This document shows, one piece after another, positions 25,148 to 37,544 of a DNA stretch of 64,000 nucleotides. Every line of letters begins with the position of its first letter. Position 1 is the first letter of the stretch. The position numbers and the translations under genes are program-made. The DNA lies in contig NC_045697.1 in the NCBI RefSeq assembly GCF_009834535.1, positions 101,248,001 to 101,312,000 on the forward strand, written 5' to 3'. The stretch is from Camelus ferus. Taxonomy: Eukaryota. The notes under the pieces were generated by a model. It was not told where the DNA came from. It searched no databases and worked only from the letters and a program-made list of their open reading frames with translations.

Positions 25148-26524
25148 TTAAGAAGAAAGAAAAGGACATTAGTGCAGGAAGAGGGAGAGGAAAGCAGAGG
25201 GAGAACTGCCACAAAGCATACTAAGTGGCGTGGTGAGGAGTCACCATCCCTCGGTGCCTAAGGGCGTGGAATGGGGTACCTAGTCCAGCCTGAGACAAAA
25301 GCATGGCCAGGGAAGACATCCTGGAGGAAGGCCGCTTGACCTCGCTTTGGTGAATGGACTGAAGCTAGCCACGAGAATGTCTGGGGAAAAAAAATGTGAA
25401 AAGACACCAAAAAGACATGTGTGGTGCTGTGAAAAACTAAGTTATTCAGAATACCTCTAGGGGAGCACGAACATGAGGCATAGTAAGAATTGCGTCCTTT
25501 TCATTTTTCTTCATTGTGACTCGGGGCCACACTTCACTTATCTGATGTGCCCGAGTACATGACCCAGTGACCCAGTGCCTCATCCATCATAGACAGCCAA
25601 CAAATGCTCTAAGAATTAAACAGCATATATTCAGTAACACTTGGTCAAGTAATAGTAAAACCCAATAATAAGAACTGCATTCAACACTTAGTGTTTATAT
25701 TTTCTCACACTCTAATTTCTCACTTAAAGGAAAGCAAAGTCATAGGAAAAAGCATGTTGCATGTTGCTTAGCCCTGTTTCTCATTAACGAGAAAGTCCTG
25801 CTAGATTTTGAGGGTCTAAGATATAACCTTACAAAAGTGATCATTTGAATTATTTGTCTACGAACTAGCCAACACATGGAATTTAAACAACAACTCGTTT
25901 AACTACCTTCTTATAGGAATGCTTGGTTCACCTAATAGTTTTGGTCATCTTAGTTTAATTGTCCAAATTATAGTCAAAGATAGTCAACATTAATATTCTC
26001 ATAAAGACTTGTTTTTTTTCCCTGCAGGTTGGAATACCAGGGATATGCAAACATTTAGATTTAAAGATGTTGAACATGTACATATTAGAGACATAATAAT
26101 ATAAAAAGGCTCTCTCAGTACTTGGTGGCTCAGACGGGAGGTGAGTTCAGAAGGCAGTTATGGTCTCAAAGCAGCATTTGTTATCTGGGTGAAGCCATGT
26201 GTTGTCATGTCATGAAGGATAAATCTACCTCTGAGGAGCAGACTCATAACCACTAAGCTCATGAGACTGGCAAAAATCCAAGTGACAACCTATTCACGTA
26301 CAACGAGATCTACAGTGAAGGCGTGAGCTGGGGTAATAATGAAAATAGGATTAACCCAATTTTTTCCAGTAAACAAACATCCATGTAAGCTAAATAATAT
26401 TCAGAATGTTTACTCATTCATTTGTAATGAGAAGTCCCTGCCATATGAACTAGAATCCATAACTTTGGTTTGACCAGTGAATTATTTCCCTGTAGAGGGG
26501 TCTATCTGGGAAATCAAGCACATT

Positions 26525-27150
26525 AATTACCTACTGCTGTGTAACAATATTACCACAAACTTAGCAACTATAAAAAAAAAAAAAAAGGGCATTTATTACC
26601 TCATAGTTTCAAAGGGCCAGGAATTCTAACACATCAGAGCTGAGTCCTCTGTTCAGAGTCTCACAAGTTTGCAACCAAGGTGTTGGCCAGAGCCATGGTC
26701 TCAACCAAGGCTTTACTGGGGAGAATTTCCTCCCAAGCTCACTTAGGTGTTGGCAGAATTCAGTTTCTTGTGAAATTGAGTGCTTCCACTGAGGAGTGAG
26801 GGCTTCACTGTCTTGTTTGGGGTTGGCCAGAGGCTGCCCTCAGCTCTTAGAGGTCACCTGCAGGTCCTGGTCACTTGGGGCTCCTCAACATGGCCATGTA
26901 CTTTCTCAAAGCCAGCAAAGGAGGCTCCAGCAAGAGGGATGCTAAAGTCTCATGGAACCAAAACATATAATGTTACATAGCATGTTATATACATGTAATC
27001 ATGTACAGCCTGTCACCTCTGTCACATTCTATTGGTTAGAAAAATACAGCAGGTCATGCTCAAACTCTAGGCAAGGAGATTTCACAACTGGTGTGAACAC
27101 CAGTGAGTGGGGATTGAAAGGGCCGCCTTAAATGTCTGTCTGCTAATGTT
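26525..27150 (-). mobile_element. MaLR (MLT1) solo LTR
   Basis: tgctgtgtaacaatattaccacaaacttagc...catttattacctcatagtttc...ggcagaattcagtttcttgtg. Confidence 0.8.
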
Positions 27151-27379
27151 TGTTTTATGAATGACCCAAGAATCCAACATGCGACAATATCAGGCCAGGA
27201 CAGACCAATGAATCTACCTCGTTTCCAGCCCAGAAAGTCTTGCCAGCAAGATAGGACACACAGAATCCACATGCTCTTCTTCCCTGAGCAATACTTAAAC
27301 AGCTGATGACAAGGTTTGCCTTGTGACCATCTTATCTCTGCCACTGGGGATGTCCCACTTTCCTCTAATTCTTAGATGC

Positions 27380-27779
27380 TGTATTCGTTTGTCAAGGCTG
27401 CCTCACAAAATCTCATAGACTCGGAGACTTAAGAGAACTTTATTTTCTCACAGCTCTGGGGGCGGGAAGTCCAACAGCAGGGCATCGGCAGGTTTGGTTT
27501 CTCAGAACCTACGACGGCCTTTCTCCTTGGTTTGCACCAAGAGGAGCCACCTCCTCCCTGTCTTCCCACGTGGTCTTTCCTCTGGGTACATGCATTCCTG
27601 GAGTCTCTTCGTGTGTCCAAATTTTCTCTTCTTACAAGGGCTACTGTCAGATTGGATTAGGGCCTCATTTTTAACCATCACCTCTTTAAAAGCCCTATCT
27701 CCAAACACAGCCACATTGTGAGGTACTGGGGCTAAGGCTTTAACGTATGAATTCTGGGGAGCACAATGCAGGCAGCAAC
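27380..27779 (-). mobile_element. MaLR (MLT1A-C-like) solo LTR
   Basis: tgtattcgtttgtcaaggctgcc...tttattttctcacagctctgg...cagattggattagggcc...ccctatctccaaacacagccacattgtgaggtactgggg. Confidence 0.85.
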
Positions 27780-27984
27780 TGAGTCCATCCTTAGAAATGT
27801 TGCAACATTAATCAACTTATAGTCGTATCTCACTTGTTTGCAGACTCTTTAAAGTGATTTACCCATCCTGACTGTGATCCATTCCACTCTCATGTGGAAT
27901 TTTAACCCTCAGAGGGAAAGTACATTCCTCTTAACTGTAAGTTCCCAGGGACTCACCACTATGGACCTCAATAACTGAAAAGTT

Positions 27985-28220
27985 ACAGCAGTGTGGTCAA
28001 GAAAGCAGGCGCAGGCGAAGGGCCTGTGTGTGCATACTTGGTTTCCAACCCCATGTCTGCCACTTACTAGCTGGTAAGTTAACCAAGATCCAACTTTCCA
28101 ACTTCACAAGCAACAGGAGGTTTCTGCATTTGCAAGTCATTGTAAAGACTACGTGAGTTAAATAATGTAAAGCACTCGGCATCTGGCACATAGTCTGTGT
28201 TCAGCAAATATTAGTCATCT
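27985..28220 (+). mobile_element. MIR SINE
   Basis: tctgccacttactagctgg...aatgtaaagcactcggcatctggcacatag. Confidence 0.75.
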
Positions 28221-30679
28221 TAACATAAAATAAGCCCAACAAACAAATTTCTCTCTTTATGTTCCTTCTTGTATTAAACCTGCATCTGAAGATAACTCTA
28301 ACAGAAAGTTTTTTTTCTTAATTAGGGGTTTCTAATTAAGAGATCTAGTTAATTTGGGGAAGACTCAGCCTTAAAGACTTCATGGGATGATAGACACGCT
28401 TAAAATCCAGGTGTTAATTCTGTCAAGAAAAAAATATCCTGACTCAGGTGACAAAGAACTTTTTTATGTAGTTCATTTTTATCTTCAAATATTAAAAGAA
28501 GACAAAAACATGTATGAAATACTCAATTTTCTCTCTTTAGTTCGCCTCTCCCAACAACAACAAAAAGAGTGCCTGAAACATTTTGGCAGGCTCAGAGAAG
28601 GCAGAATCTGTTTCATTTTATGGGATAAAGTTAAACCAGAGAGAGAGAGAGATACATTAAATAAATTGGGTCAAAAGTATTAATCTACCCCTCACGTAAT
28701 TTCAATTTCTGGGGCAGATTAGAAGGTGCTGCTTCATAAGTTCAGCAGGTCTGAATTGACCCATTGTTACGTGGAATTTGATGTTATTATAGGGCATCTA
28801 GCCCAGGCTTGGGACTTCCCTTACTTGTACAATATGTGTAAGATTCACCCTTGGATCAAAAAGTAATTCTGGACTCCTTCCTCTCATTTCATCACTGTGA
28901 GATTTTTGGAAGAAATACATCTGAAATAAGTGCAGAATGCGGGCTGGAAGGGGCGGACAGTGGCATGTCTCATCATTATCTTGGGTGTGAAGAACAGGAC
29001 CAAAGAAAAGAGAGCAGAGAAAAACCTATCAGGTTTAGAAAAATACACTTTTGTTTGCTCTTTGAAGAGAGGATATGAAATCTGGAAGGACAAAAAGGAC
29101 ACATTTTATACTCCTCAAAGTTTCAGGGACTTTTTGCCGCAAGCCTGAGACTGCACAAAGAAAAACACTCACTCATTTCTACACAGCAGTTATCTCTCAG
29201 ATCCAGCTTCCCAAGTTCTGCTGGCAATCAAGGGCAAGCAAACAGACTCCCCAAGGTACTGTCAGATTAACAGGCTACTGATGGACATGCTGTCTTTCAA
29301 ATCATCTTCAGGTCAGCAGACAATTCTCCATGAACTCTGGGTTACCAAGAAATAGACAGGTATTCCATTCTTCCCCTAATAATTATTTCCAATAATTCAT
29401 CTTCCTTCAGATTGTGATGGTCTGGAAAAGAGACTGCTACAATTTTTCTAAACTGGGCGTCAGCACAAGCACACTGTTCCTTGTATGAGATTATCCCAGA
29501 ATCCCGCAGTGATATGTGACTTCTGTACCAGCTGATCCTGAATCTACACGAATGGAGGACGGGACAGCAGGTGCTACGGAAAAATTACTAGAGGTAAGGC
29601 TGGCAAGAGTGAAGCTCACCACCTTCTGCAATTGTGTTAAAATAAAAGAACAGTAATCACATCAAGGAAAAGCCTACTTTAAAAAATAAAAAAGAGAAGC
29701 TGCCACTGTGCATGGTGGGAGCCAGCAGCCGCCGCATTAGCAGCAATTTGGCGAGCACGTGCCGTATGCGCTGCCTCTCTTCCCAAACATGTTACGCCTG
29801 CTGCTGCCAGTGTGCCCTTGCTGTAAAGGCCCTAGCGGTCTTGGAGCGCCTTCGCCAGTCACTTCCCTAACTGCTAAAACACAGAATCATCACATGGGGA
29901 AGAAAATACATCTACTCATGGATGGCTACACGTGGTGCAAAGAAGATGTTACAAAATCATAAATTAGTTTTTAAAGGCCCAAGACTGGACCTAGAATTTG
30001 GACTGGATCCTGCAGTTATTAAAGCCGTCAAATGAGACCACAAAAAGTATATAAGAGAAGAGGGCACAGGACTTTCATGCGCTGACCTAGGTCTGTTCAA
30101 GTGGGCGGCAAGAAACCCAGGTGACCAGAGGTCTGTGAAACCTGTAGTTTGTTCACACGACATTTTGCCATGTGGGTAGGAGAAACTGGGCAGAGAAGAT
30201 GCAAATTAACATTTATGTCACCTGGCACTAGAGATGTTCCAGAAAGAACAAGAATAACTCATAAAGGGGACAGTGATAGTTATTAATAGTAGCATCATCT
30301 ATCTATAAAGAATATGATCCAACAAAAAAGAAGGAATTTTTGTAAAAGCCTTTTTGACAGACAGTGTGGTGAGTATAAAATAAATATCTTCATAAAATGG
30401 GCCTGGGCAGAGCCACCTGCGGGAGGCACAGTGTAACCTCCCTCTCTGGCGTTTTTCCACACTTGTTAAACTGTAACAGCTGAGTAAAAATCAGGGGAAA
30501 AAAATCAACTTCCCCAATAAGTTCCCTATAAAACCAAAATGAGTAACAGTCCACATGATCATGTGAGAACGCATGAAGCGCTCAGCAGTTCACTGTCCAT
30601 TTTGCTACTGATGTTTAAAGTACAATTTCTCCTAACCAGAGATTAATTACCATTTCTATCGGGTTATATACCTAGAACA

Positions 30680-30835
30680 CAGAGAATGAACTGCTGAGAT
30701 CGAAGTCTCACTTTTACTAGCTTATGAGCTGTGTGACCTCAATCTGAACTTCGCTAAGTCTCATTTTCTTTATCTGAAAACCAGATATAAGAATAATATT
30801 GTGCCTCTTACCTCCAAGGATCGAATTAAATTAAT
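30680..30835 (+). mobile_element. MIR SINE fragment
   Basis: agctgtgtgacctc...aagtctcattttctttatctgaaaa. Confidence 0.6.
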
Positions 30836-31086
30836 CTGTATCTCCAGCTAACCTTGCCATTTTTTTTTTGCTCCGAATGGGGTCATATTTATTTTTAGCC
30901 CAAAATTACCATGATTCTGAGACTCTACCTGCCTGCACAAGAAGTCAGCCCCTCTCAAAGATTCTGTCAGGTATGTTTGAGAGTCTAGAGAATGGACTTA
31001 AGCAACTGCAGCCATTCTCCCTGTCCTCTCCTGCTCCCACCTACCACTCCTGCTGCCTAAATCCTGCTGGGAGAGGGGAAACTTAC

Positions 31087-31540
31087 CGCCACCTTGCAGA
31101 ACAAGGCAGTTGTGAGAACACTTTTGTATTGTGCCAAGTCAGCTGCCAACTGACTGCTTGTGAAACTGCTCGTCTTCAGTTTGCTAAAGCAGTGCCTGAT
31201 TCCTTGTGGAGCCAGGAAACAGGGTCGTCTTCCCAACTCTGTGATGGTCTTTATACCTGGGCGGTGAACAGCCCCACCAGGGCTGCCTCCTTCTGGAATC
31301 TCAGTCTCCTGCGCCTTCCCCCTCCTTCCATAATGTATCACCCAGTCCATGGAATTCAACAAGAAAAGAGATCCCTTGTCACTCCTTCCAACCGTCTGTC
31401 TCCTCCCATCCCTCACCTCAAACAAAACCTCTGTAAAGGCTTTCCAGTTTCCAGACACAAAGCCCTGAGCAAGTAAACGAATGCAAACAAATACTGGTGA
31501 TAAGTGCAAAGTGGGTGGGATACACAAACAGCACGTGAGA
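31087..31540 (-). promoter_or_regulatory. Candidate TATA promoter with non-coding first exon
   Basis: Minus-strand TATAAAG at 31255-31249 with adjacent gggcgg. FOX-like (31473, 31483), GATA (31498) and CACGTG (31532) motifs lie upstream. Strong donor GCG|gtaagt at 31087/31086. Confidence 0.45.
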
Positions 31541-32009
31541 CTCAGCTCAGTCAGCCAAGGTATCTGTTTGTGTGTGGATGCATTCTTATATCCAACACAT
31601 ATCTCATTGAACAAGTTTACCAAAGTAGCTAGATTTGTAGGGAGAAATCAAGAAATGATAGTATTTGTTTCATAGAACAGCTTTCAAATTCACTTTTTTG
31701 GATAACCTTTCTTCCCCTGAATACTATCTCAGAAAGGCCCCCGAGTCTTCGCAATAGTTGTTTCAAGTATTGACAGTTGCATTATCAGATATTAAACACT
31801 CCTATTCCAATCAAAACCATAACCTTAATCTCTTGGTGGACTTAAAGCCTCTCTGCATCCCCCAGCTGTCGGCTCAGCCTTAGAAACCTGCCATGTGCTC
31901 GGTCCTTTGCCCTCCTTGTTCTAGACTCTCCGTACTCTCCTCTTCTGACAGGGAGAGAGGAGGAAGGAAAACAAAACAAGAGCCTCATTTTGTTTACAGA
32001 AAGCTTTTC

Positions 32010-33100
32010 AGAGATAAACTATTTATTTTGAAGTGTTAGATACACAAACAAATTGCTAAGATAACAGAGTTCCCACACACCCCATCCCCAGTTTCCACTC
32101 TGATTAACATCTTACATTAGTGTGGAACATTTGTTAGCATTAATGAACCAATATTGATCCATTATTAGTACCTGAAGTGTGTGCTTTATTCAGACTTCCT
32201 CAGTCTTTACCCAGTGTCTCTTTTCTACTCCAGAATCCCATCCAGTATACTCTGTTACATTTAGGTATCACATCTCCTTAGATTCCTCTAGCCTAAGACA
32301 CTGTCTCAGACCTTTCCAGTTTTGAGTGACTTGTTTGGCGGAAGACTGGTCAGCTGCTTTGTAAGGCATCTCTCAGCTGGGATTTGTCTGGTGTTTTCAG
32401 CCTGATTAGACTGGGATTGGGAGAAAGCCCACAGAGGTGATGTGTCATTTTCATCACATCACATCAAGGATACACATGATCAGCATGACTGGTTACTGCT
32501 GACGTCGACCTTGATCACCTGGAGAAGGCTCCTTTTGGTCAGGTTTCTCCACTGCAAAGTTACCCTTCTTTCCCCCTTTCCATACCGCAGTTTTTGGAAG
32601 AAAGTCACTACGTGTAGACCACATTCTAGGAGTGAGGGTTGTACTTCACCTCCTTGAAAGCCAAGTATCTACATAAATTATTTGCAAGTCTTCCACATAG
32701 GAGATCTATCTGTTCTCCCCCATCTATTTATTTATTCAATGACTTCTTTTTGTCTATATAGACTCATGGGTACTTACTTCATACTGTGAGTTACAATCCA
32801 ATACTACTTTAATGTGTTGTTCAAGTGATTCCAGCTCCGGCCACCGAGAGTCCTTTTAGTTGGCTCCTGTGTCCCTTTGCCATATCTCCAAAATTGTGTG
32901 TGTTGGGAGGGAGGAGCAGGATGTTGGGAGGGAGGAGCAGGGTGTTGTGAGTTACTATTAGCACTTCCTTACTTTCTGGCAGTAAAACACATTCCAGGGC
33001 CATTTTATGTATTCACTGTATCAGCCCTGGGCCAACCTTTTCTCCAAAGAGCCTTGGTTCCTTTCATTGAAGAACTGTATTAGAAACCAAGATCTTTTGG
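32010..33100 (-). mobile_element. Old L1 (L1MC/MD-type) 3'UTR
   Basis: attaacatcttacattagtgtggaacatttg...caggtttctccactgcaaagttac...tattagaaaccaagatc. Confidence 0.8.
32901..32947. repeat. 21-bp tandem duplication (2.2 copies)
   Basis: tgttgggagggaggagcagg(a/g) repeated. Confidence 0.9.
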
Positions 33101-33529
33101 TTTGTTTTGCTTCATTCTTTTTCATAGCTACACAGCTTCTGCTTTATGGCTATACCATAATAATAAATTTAACTAGTCACTGATGGGAGTACATATAAGA
33201 TTTCACCAATCAGAATCTGCATCACAGTTCTAATCCATAACATAAGGAGACACATAGAACAACCCCACGAAATTCAAGCACTGTGAACAATGTTGAAATA
33301 TAAAGCAAATGCCAGTGTTTGCTCTGACAAGGAAGTAACACTGCACTCGATGTTTCCCAGGAGAATAGATCTCTTTCCTTCTGTTGGATTATGTCATGAG
33401 GTAAATTTTTAGAAGTGTGTTCACTGGGACTGAAGTGAAGAACATTTTTACAGTGCCTGCTATGCACTGCCATTTTGCATTTTTAAAAAGTTTGGATCAA
33501 TATCCAATGCCAACAACAATAAAATAATA

Positions 33530-33760
33530 GCTAATTTTTTTCAAATGTTTATTTTATACCTGTTACTGTTATAAGCACCTTATCTCTATTAACTCATTTG
33601 TCTCACAAAAACCCTGAAAGGTTTGGATACTATTATTATCATCAACCCCATTTCATCAGATGAGAAAACTGAGAAATAAAGAAAAAGTGATTTGCTTAAA
33701 GTTACATGATGTTTAACAGGCAGAGCTGAATTTGAATCCAGTCTGACTTCAGAACAGTAC
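33530..33760 (-). mobile_element. MIR SINE
   Basis: ccccatttcatcagatgagaaaactgag...ggcagagctgaatttgaatccag. Confidence 0.8.
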
Positions 33761-34679
33761 ATTTCATTGTCACCTCACATTGACTAATTACATATATCAA
33801 ATTTTTAGATACTAGAATTCTGGCAAGAATTCTAAAAAAAAGGGATGTATTAATAGCATAAAATACTTTAAGACTGCTATGTTTTGATTTCTTTGACTTA
33901 GCTACAATGACTTTCCCATATTTCCACTGCTGTTGTCATTATTCTGCTTTATTTGTATTTTTCTTTACGTAAAATGCCTGTCTAAGGATGTCTGCAATAA
34001 TTAGTTGAAATTACATCTGAAGTTGGTGTATGTGAGGTGACACAGTACCTAATTTTTAGTAACAGGGAAGTAGATATTGAGTCTTTATTCTCTTGGTGGT
34101 ATCTCCTCTCTCTGCCTGTTCCTTTCCGATTCTTGCTCTCAGATGAAGTAGCCTCTGGCAGCTCCATTCAACAGTCTCACTCAAGAGACATCTCCTTGCT
34201 AACAGTTTCTACAGCTACAAACTAATATATGAAGGACAGAAGTCCCCAGGATGGGAACGTTTTCTAATTTTCCTCCTCCAGATAACACTCTTCCTGCAAA
34301 GTGTCCACTCAAGTGATTTTTACTATAGCGCTGATGGAATCTCAAGGTACAAAATGTATATGGTCAAACTATACTTAAGCTAATGTAAAATTTATTAATC
34401 AAAGCTGGACATTTTGAGAGGCAAAGGGGAAGCTCTTTTTTATTTTTACTCTGGTTAGCAGATATAAACAAAACTGTCTTGAACAAACCAGGACATTTAG
34501 TCATCCTGTCCATGGTAAACAATTTGCCTGCTGATATACAGGTTGATTAGACGCACATCAGAGGGTGCTCTTTGCTTTCACTCTTAACATGAGCAGTATC
34601 CCCTCAACGGGTCACAGAGCATCACTTTCCTTGTGGTAAATCCACCTTCTTATGAAATGCTGAGATAGGCTCTTTTTAA

Positions 34680-35152
34680 AAATCTTTCCAAAAATGGCCA
34701 CAAGAATGGCTTCCATGATCATTGGCCATGTGATTCTGCCACGTATTCCACTAAGAGACAGGATTTATTTTCCTTCACCCTGAATTTGAACTGATCTTGT
34801 GATTTGCCTTGACCAATAATAACACGTGGAGGAAATGATGTTAAGTGTTGTCTAGGGCCCAGACCACCAGAGCCTTGGCCACTTTCTCCTTTGCCCTTTA
34901 GGAATCATGCCCCGAGACCACCTTCACGTGAAGAAGCCCAGGACGAAGGTGTCAACAGTGGGGTCTATCCCCCCAGCAGAGGCTAACCATCCCCCCTCCC
35001 TTGACCTACACCCTGAATGACCGGGCCCAGGAAAGACGGGCAGAAACACCATCCAGGCAATCCACAGAACTGTGAGAAACAACAAATCACATTTTGTTTT
35101 AAGCCAGTAAATCTGGGGTTGGTCTCTTACACAACAAATGAAAACCGCAACA
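34680..35152 (+). mobile_element. MaLR (MLT1) solo LTR
   Basis: aaaatggccaca...cttgtgatttgccttgaccaata...cagaactgtgagaaacaacaaatc...tgttttaagccagtaaatctgggg. Confidence 0.75.
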
Positions 35153-37544
35153 AGTGCTGAAAATAAATTCTCTCTTCCTCCATAGTTCTTCAGACACTCG
35201 TAGTTTAATAACTACAATAAAGCCAGTTGGGATTTATCCAAGCCACCAAGTTTCAAAGACTGTGCAGGTTTTAAAATCACCACGATCTTCAGCACATGGC
35301 CTCTCTGCCACCAGCTAAAGCAGCAAGCTTGCCCCTGCAGCTCTTCGGTGTAAAGCGGAAACCAATAAAGTAGGGACTGAGTTTGTACCGTATCTCATAT
35401 CCCTGCAGGCTTCACACCGCACAGATTAAAGGGCATTATTTTCTGCTTTTTGTTCCGGCCTCCAAAATTAATGTCACCTCAGTTACCTTCAAACAAGCAA
35501 CACCTTTTCCTGCTGGGCTCCAAAGCCACTGTTCATTCATTAAAAGTTTCCATTATTGGAAACCAAGTGTTGAGTTAGAGGAAATACATCATGTCATCAG
35601 CCCTCATAATATCACCGTGTACCAGACACCAGAGAGAGTAAATTCATTGCCCTGGTTTTCCCAAATAGATCGGGACTCACTCCAATTCAAGGACTATTTA
35701 TACCAGAACTTGTGGAATCTCCTAATGATTTGTATCTTCCTGAATGTCCAAATTAAGAGAGATCTGATTTCTTGAAAAGACCTTCCCATATGCCCTGCAG
35801 ATTCTATGATTCTGCACGGGGAAAACTCTGTCAGTCAATGATGCAGACATGTAGTGGGGTCAGGGCTTTGAGGAGGCTACAGCTGGTTCTTAAACATTTC
35901 ACAGGCACTTTCATAGGCTTTTCAGACAATGTCAGAAGAAAGAATAATTGAGATGAACGTACACATTTAGATGACAGAGAACCTAGGTAGTTTTTCACTT
36001 GAATGATTCCTCAAGCCACTCAGAAGCCCCCTTTATCCTAAACAAAATCATTCCCCCTAAGATAGAATTAAATTCTGGAAGGTAACTGCCAGCAGGTTTC
36101 AAAAGCAGACTTGTTCATACACAAATCCTTTTACCTGCAAGCATCTTTCCTTTGGGGAAACTCAGTGAATATTATGATAAGTGTCATTTAAAAATTAGTC
36201 ATTAACAAATTGTATTCACTGTGGTAAAATATCTACTGTCTGTCTCTAAGGCTCCTGAGCCCTTTTCTGGAACACCAGGAGCTGTAACAGGCAAGAGCAA
36301 TTAAAGTACCACCAAGCGAGGTGCTGACTCCCTTTCACAGAGTCTGTAGGTTGAAAAACAAGTACCCTAACTCCATAGTAAATTTGTTCTGGAAATAACC
36401 ATTACTCTATTAAAAAAAAAAAAAAAAAAAGACTGAGACAAACTTCCTGCATCAAGAAGAGCTATACAATTTAAAAACATCAGATTAAGACACAGCTGTT
36501 CAAATACATATTTTCAAATATTTTGGATCTTAAGACTGTTTGCCTAAAGGAATTTTTCAATCTTTTTCACATGCAACATTCTAGCCTTGAAAGTGCTAAA
36601 ATTCCATGAGGAAGCTGCTGGCAATATTTCTGTTTCATTAGAGAAAGAATGTTGAAATCAGTTTACTCTGAACTCAGATCAAATTATAAAATGAGAAGCC
36701 CTGAAATAGACAGTTTCAACTATCTGTGGTACAAGTATAAGTCTTTTAAGTGAAAATCAGAGGCAAATGCTTTAAAACACAAAGAAAAAGATGACTAAAA
36801 ATGTTTTTAAATTCTAATCTTTTCTTCTTATTATAAGAGACTGTACTATCAGTGTAAAAGAATTGGGAAATCTAAAAATATAAACAAAAAATAAAAAATA
36901 AAATCTATATAACATAGTAACAAGATTACTAACAAATGTTATATTTTGTAATATTCTTTTCCTTCTTACACATATGGTATTATAATAAAAATATAGTATT
37001 ATATCCTGATTTTTTTACTTGACATTTTGGCATGAGTATATCCCCATGCCCTTCAATAAGAATAAAAAATAAAAAAAACAAAAGGGAAAAACACAACCTT
37101 TAATACTGTACAAATTCCACCTTGTAGATTTCCAACAGTTCATTTCATCATTCCCTTTCCTTGTTGGATATTTTGGAAATACATAAAAAGCAGATAAGCA
37201 CTTTATTTAAAAATAAAACTAGCCATAAAATTGAGTCTATGTAAATAAATAAATAAACTATACTAAAGGCTACAGTGGTAGCTTTTTTATTACTGTGCAC
37301 TCTGAACACTCTCTATTTGGTTAAACTAATACAAAGCTTTTATAAATTGTCATGTGTGTGTTTATATGTCTATGATGTAGCTTCACATTTTCAAAGTGTT
37401 TCAGTCCTAGCTGACATAAAGCCTGGCACCAGCATTGGTCTGGTATTGAAATCTCTTGATCTCTAGAGAATGTACATCAGATTCTGGTCTGCCAATCTGA
37501 TCCAAAATAAAAACTAGCAAACTCTGAAGTTGTTTTTTTTCCGA

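Noticed and set aside
28316..28341. 10-bp hairpin tcttaattag/ctaattaaga as a functional element
   Set aside because: Short AT-rich stems of this size are expected by chance in 64 kb of AT-rich DNA.
31108..31185. miR-34/449-like hairpin (aggcagt...)
   Set aside because: The seed and mature sequence do not match, and the pairing is too short for a pre-miRNA.
30868..31623. Longest ORFs (202 aa on +, 188 aa on -) as protein-coding genes
   Set aside because: Both have non-ATG starts, no recognisable domain, and overlap each other antisense. A promoter or UTR exon explains the region better.
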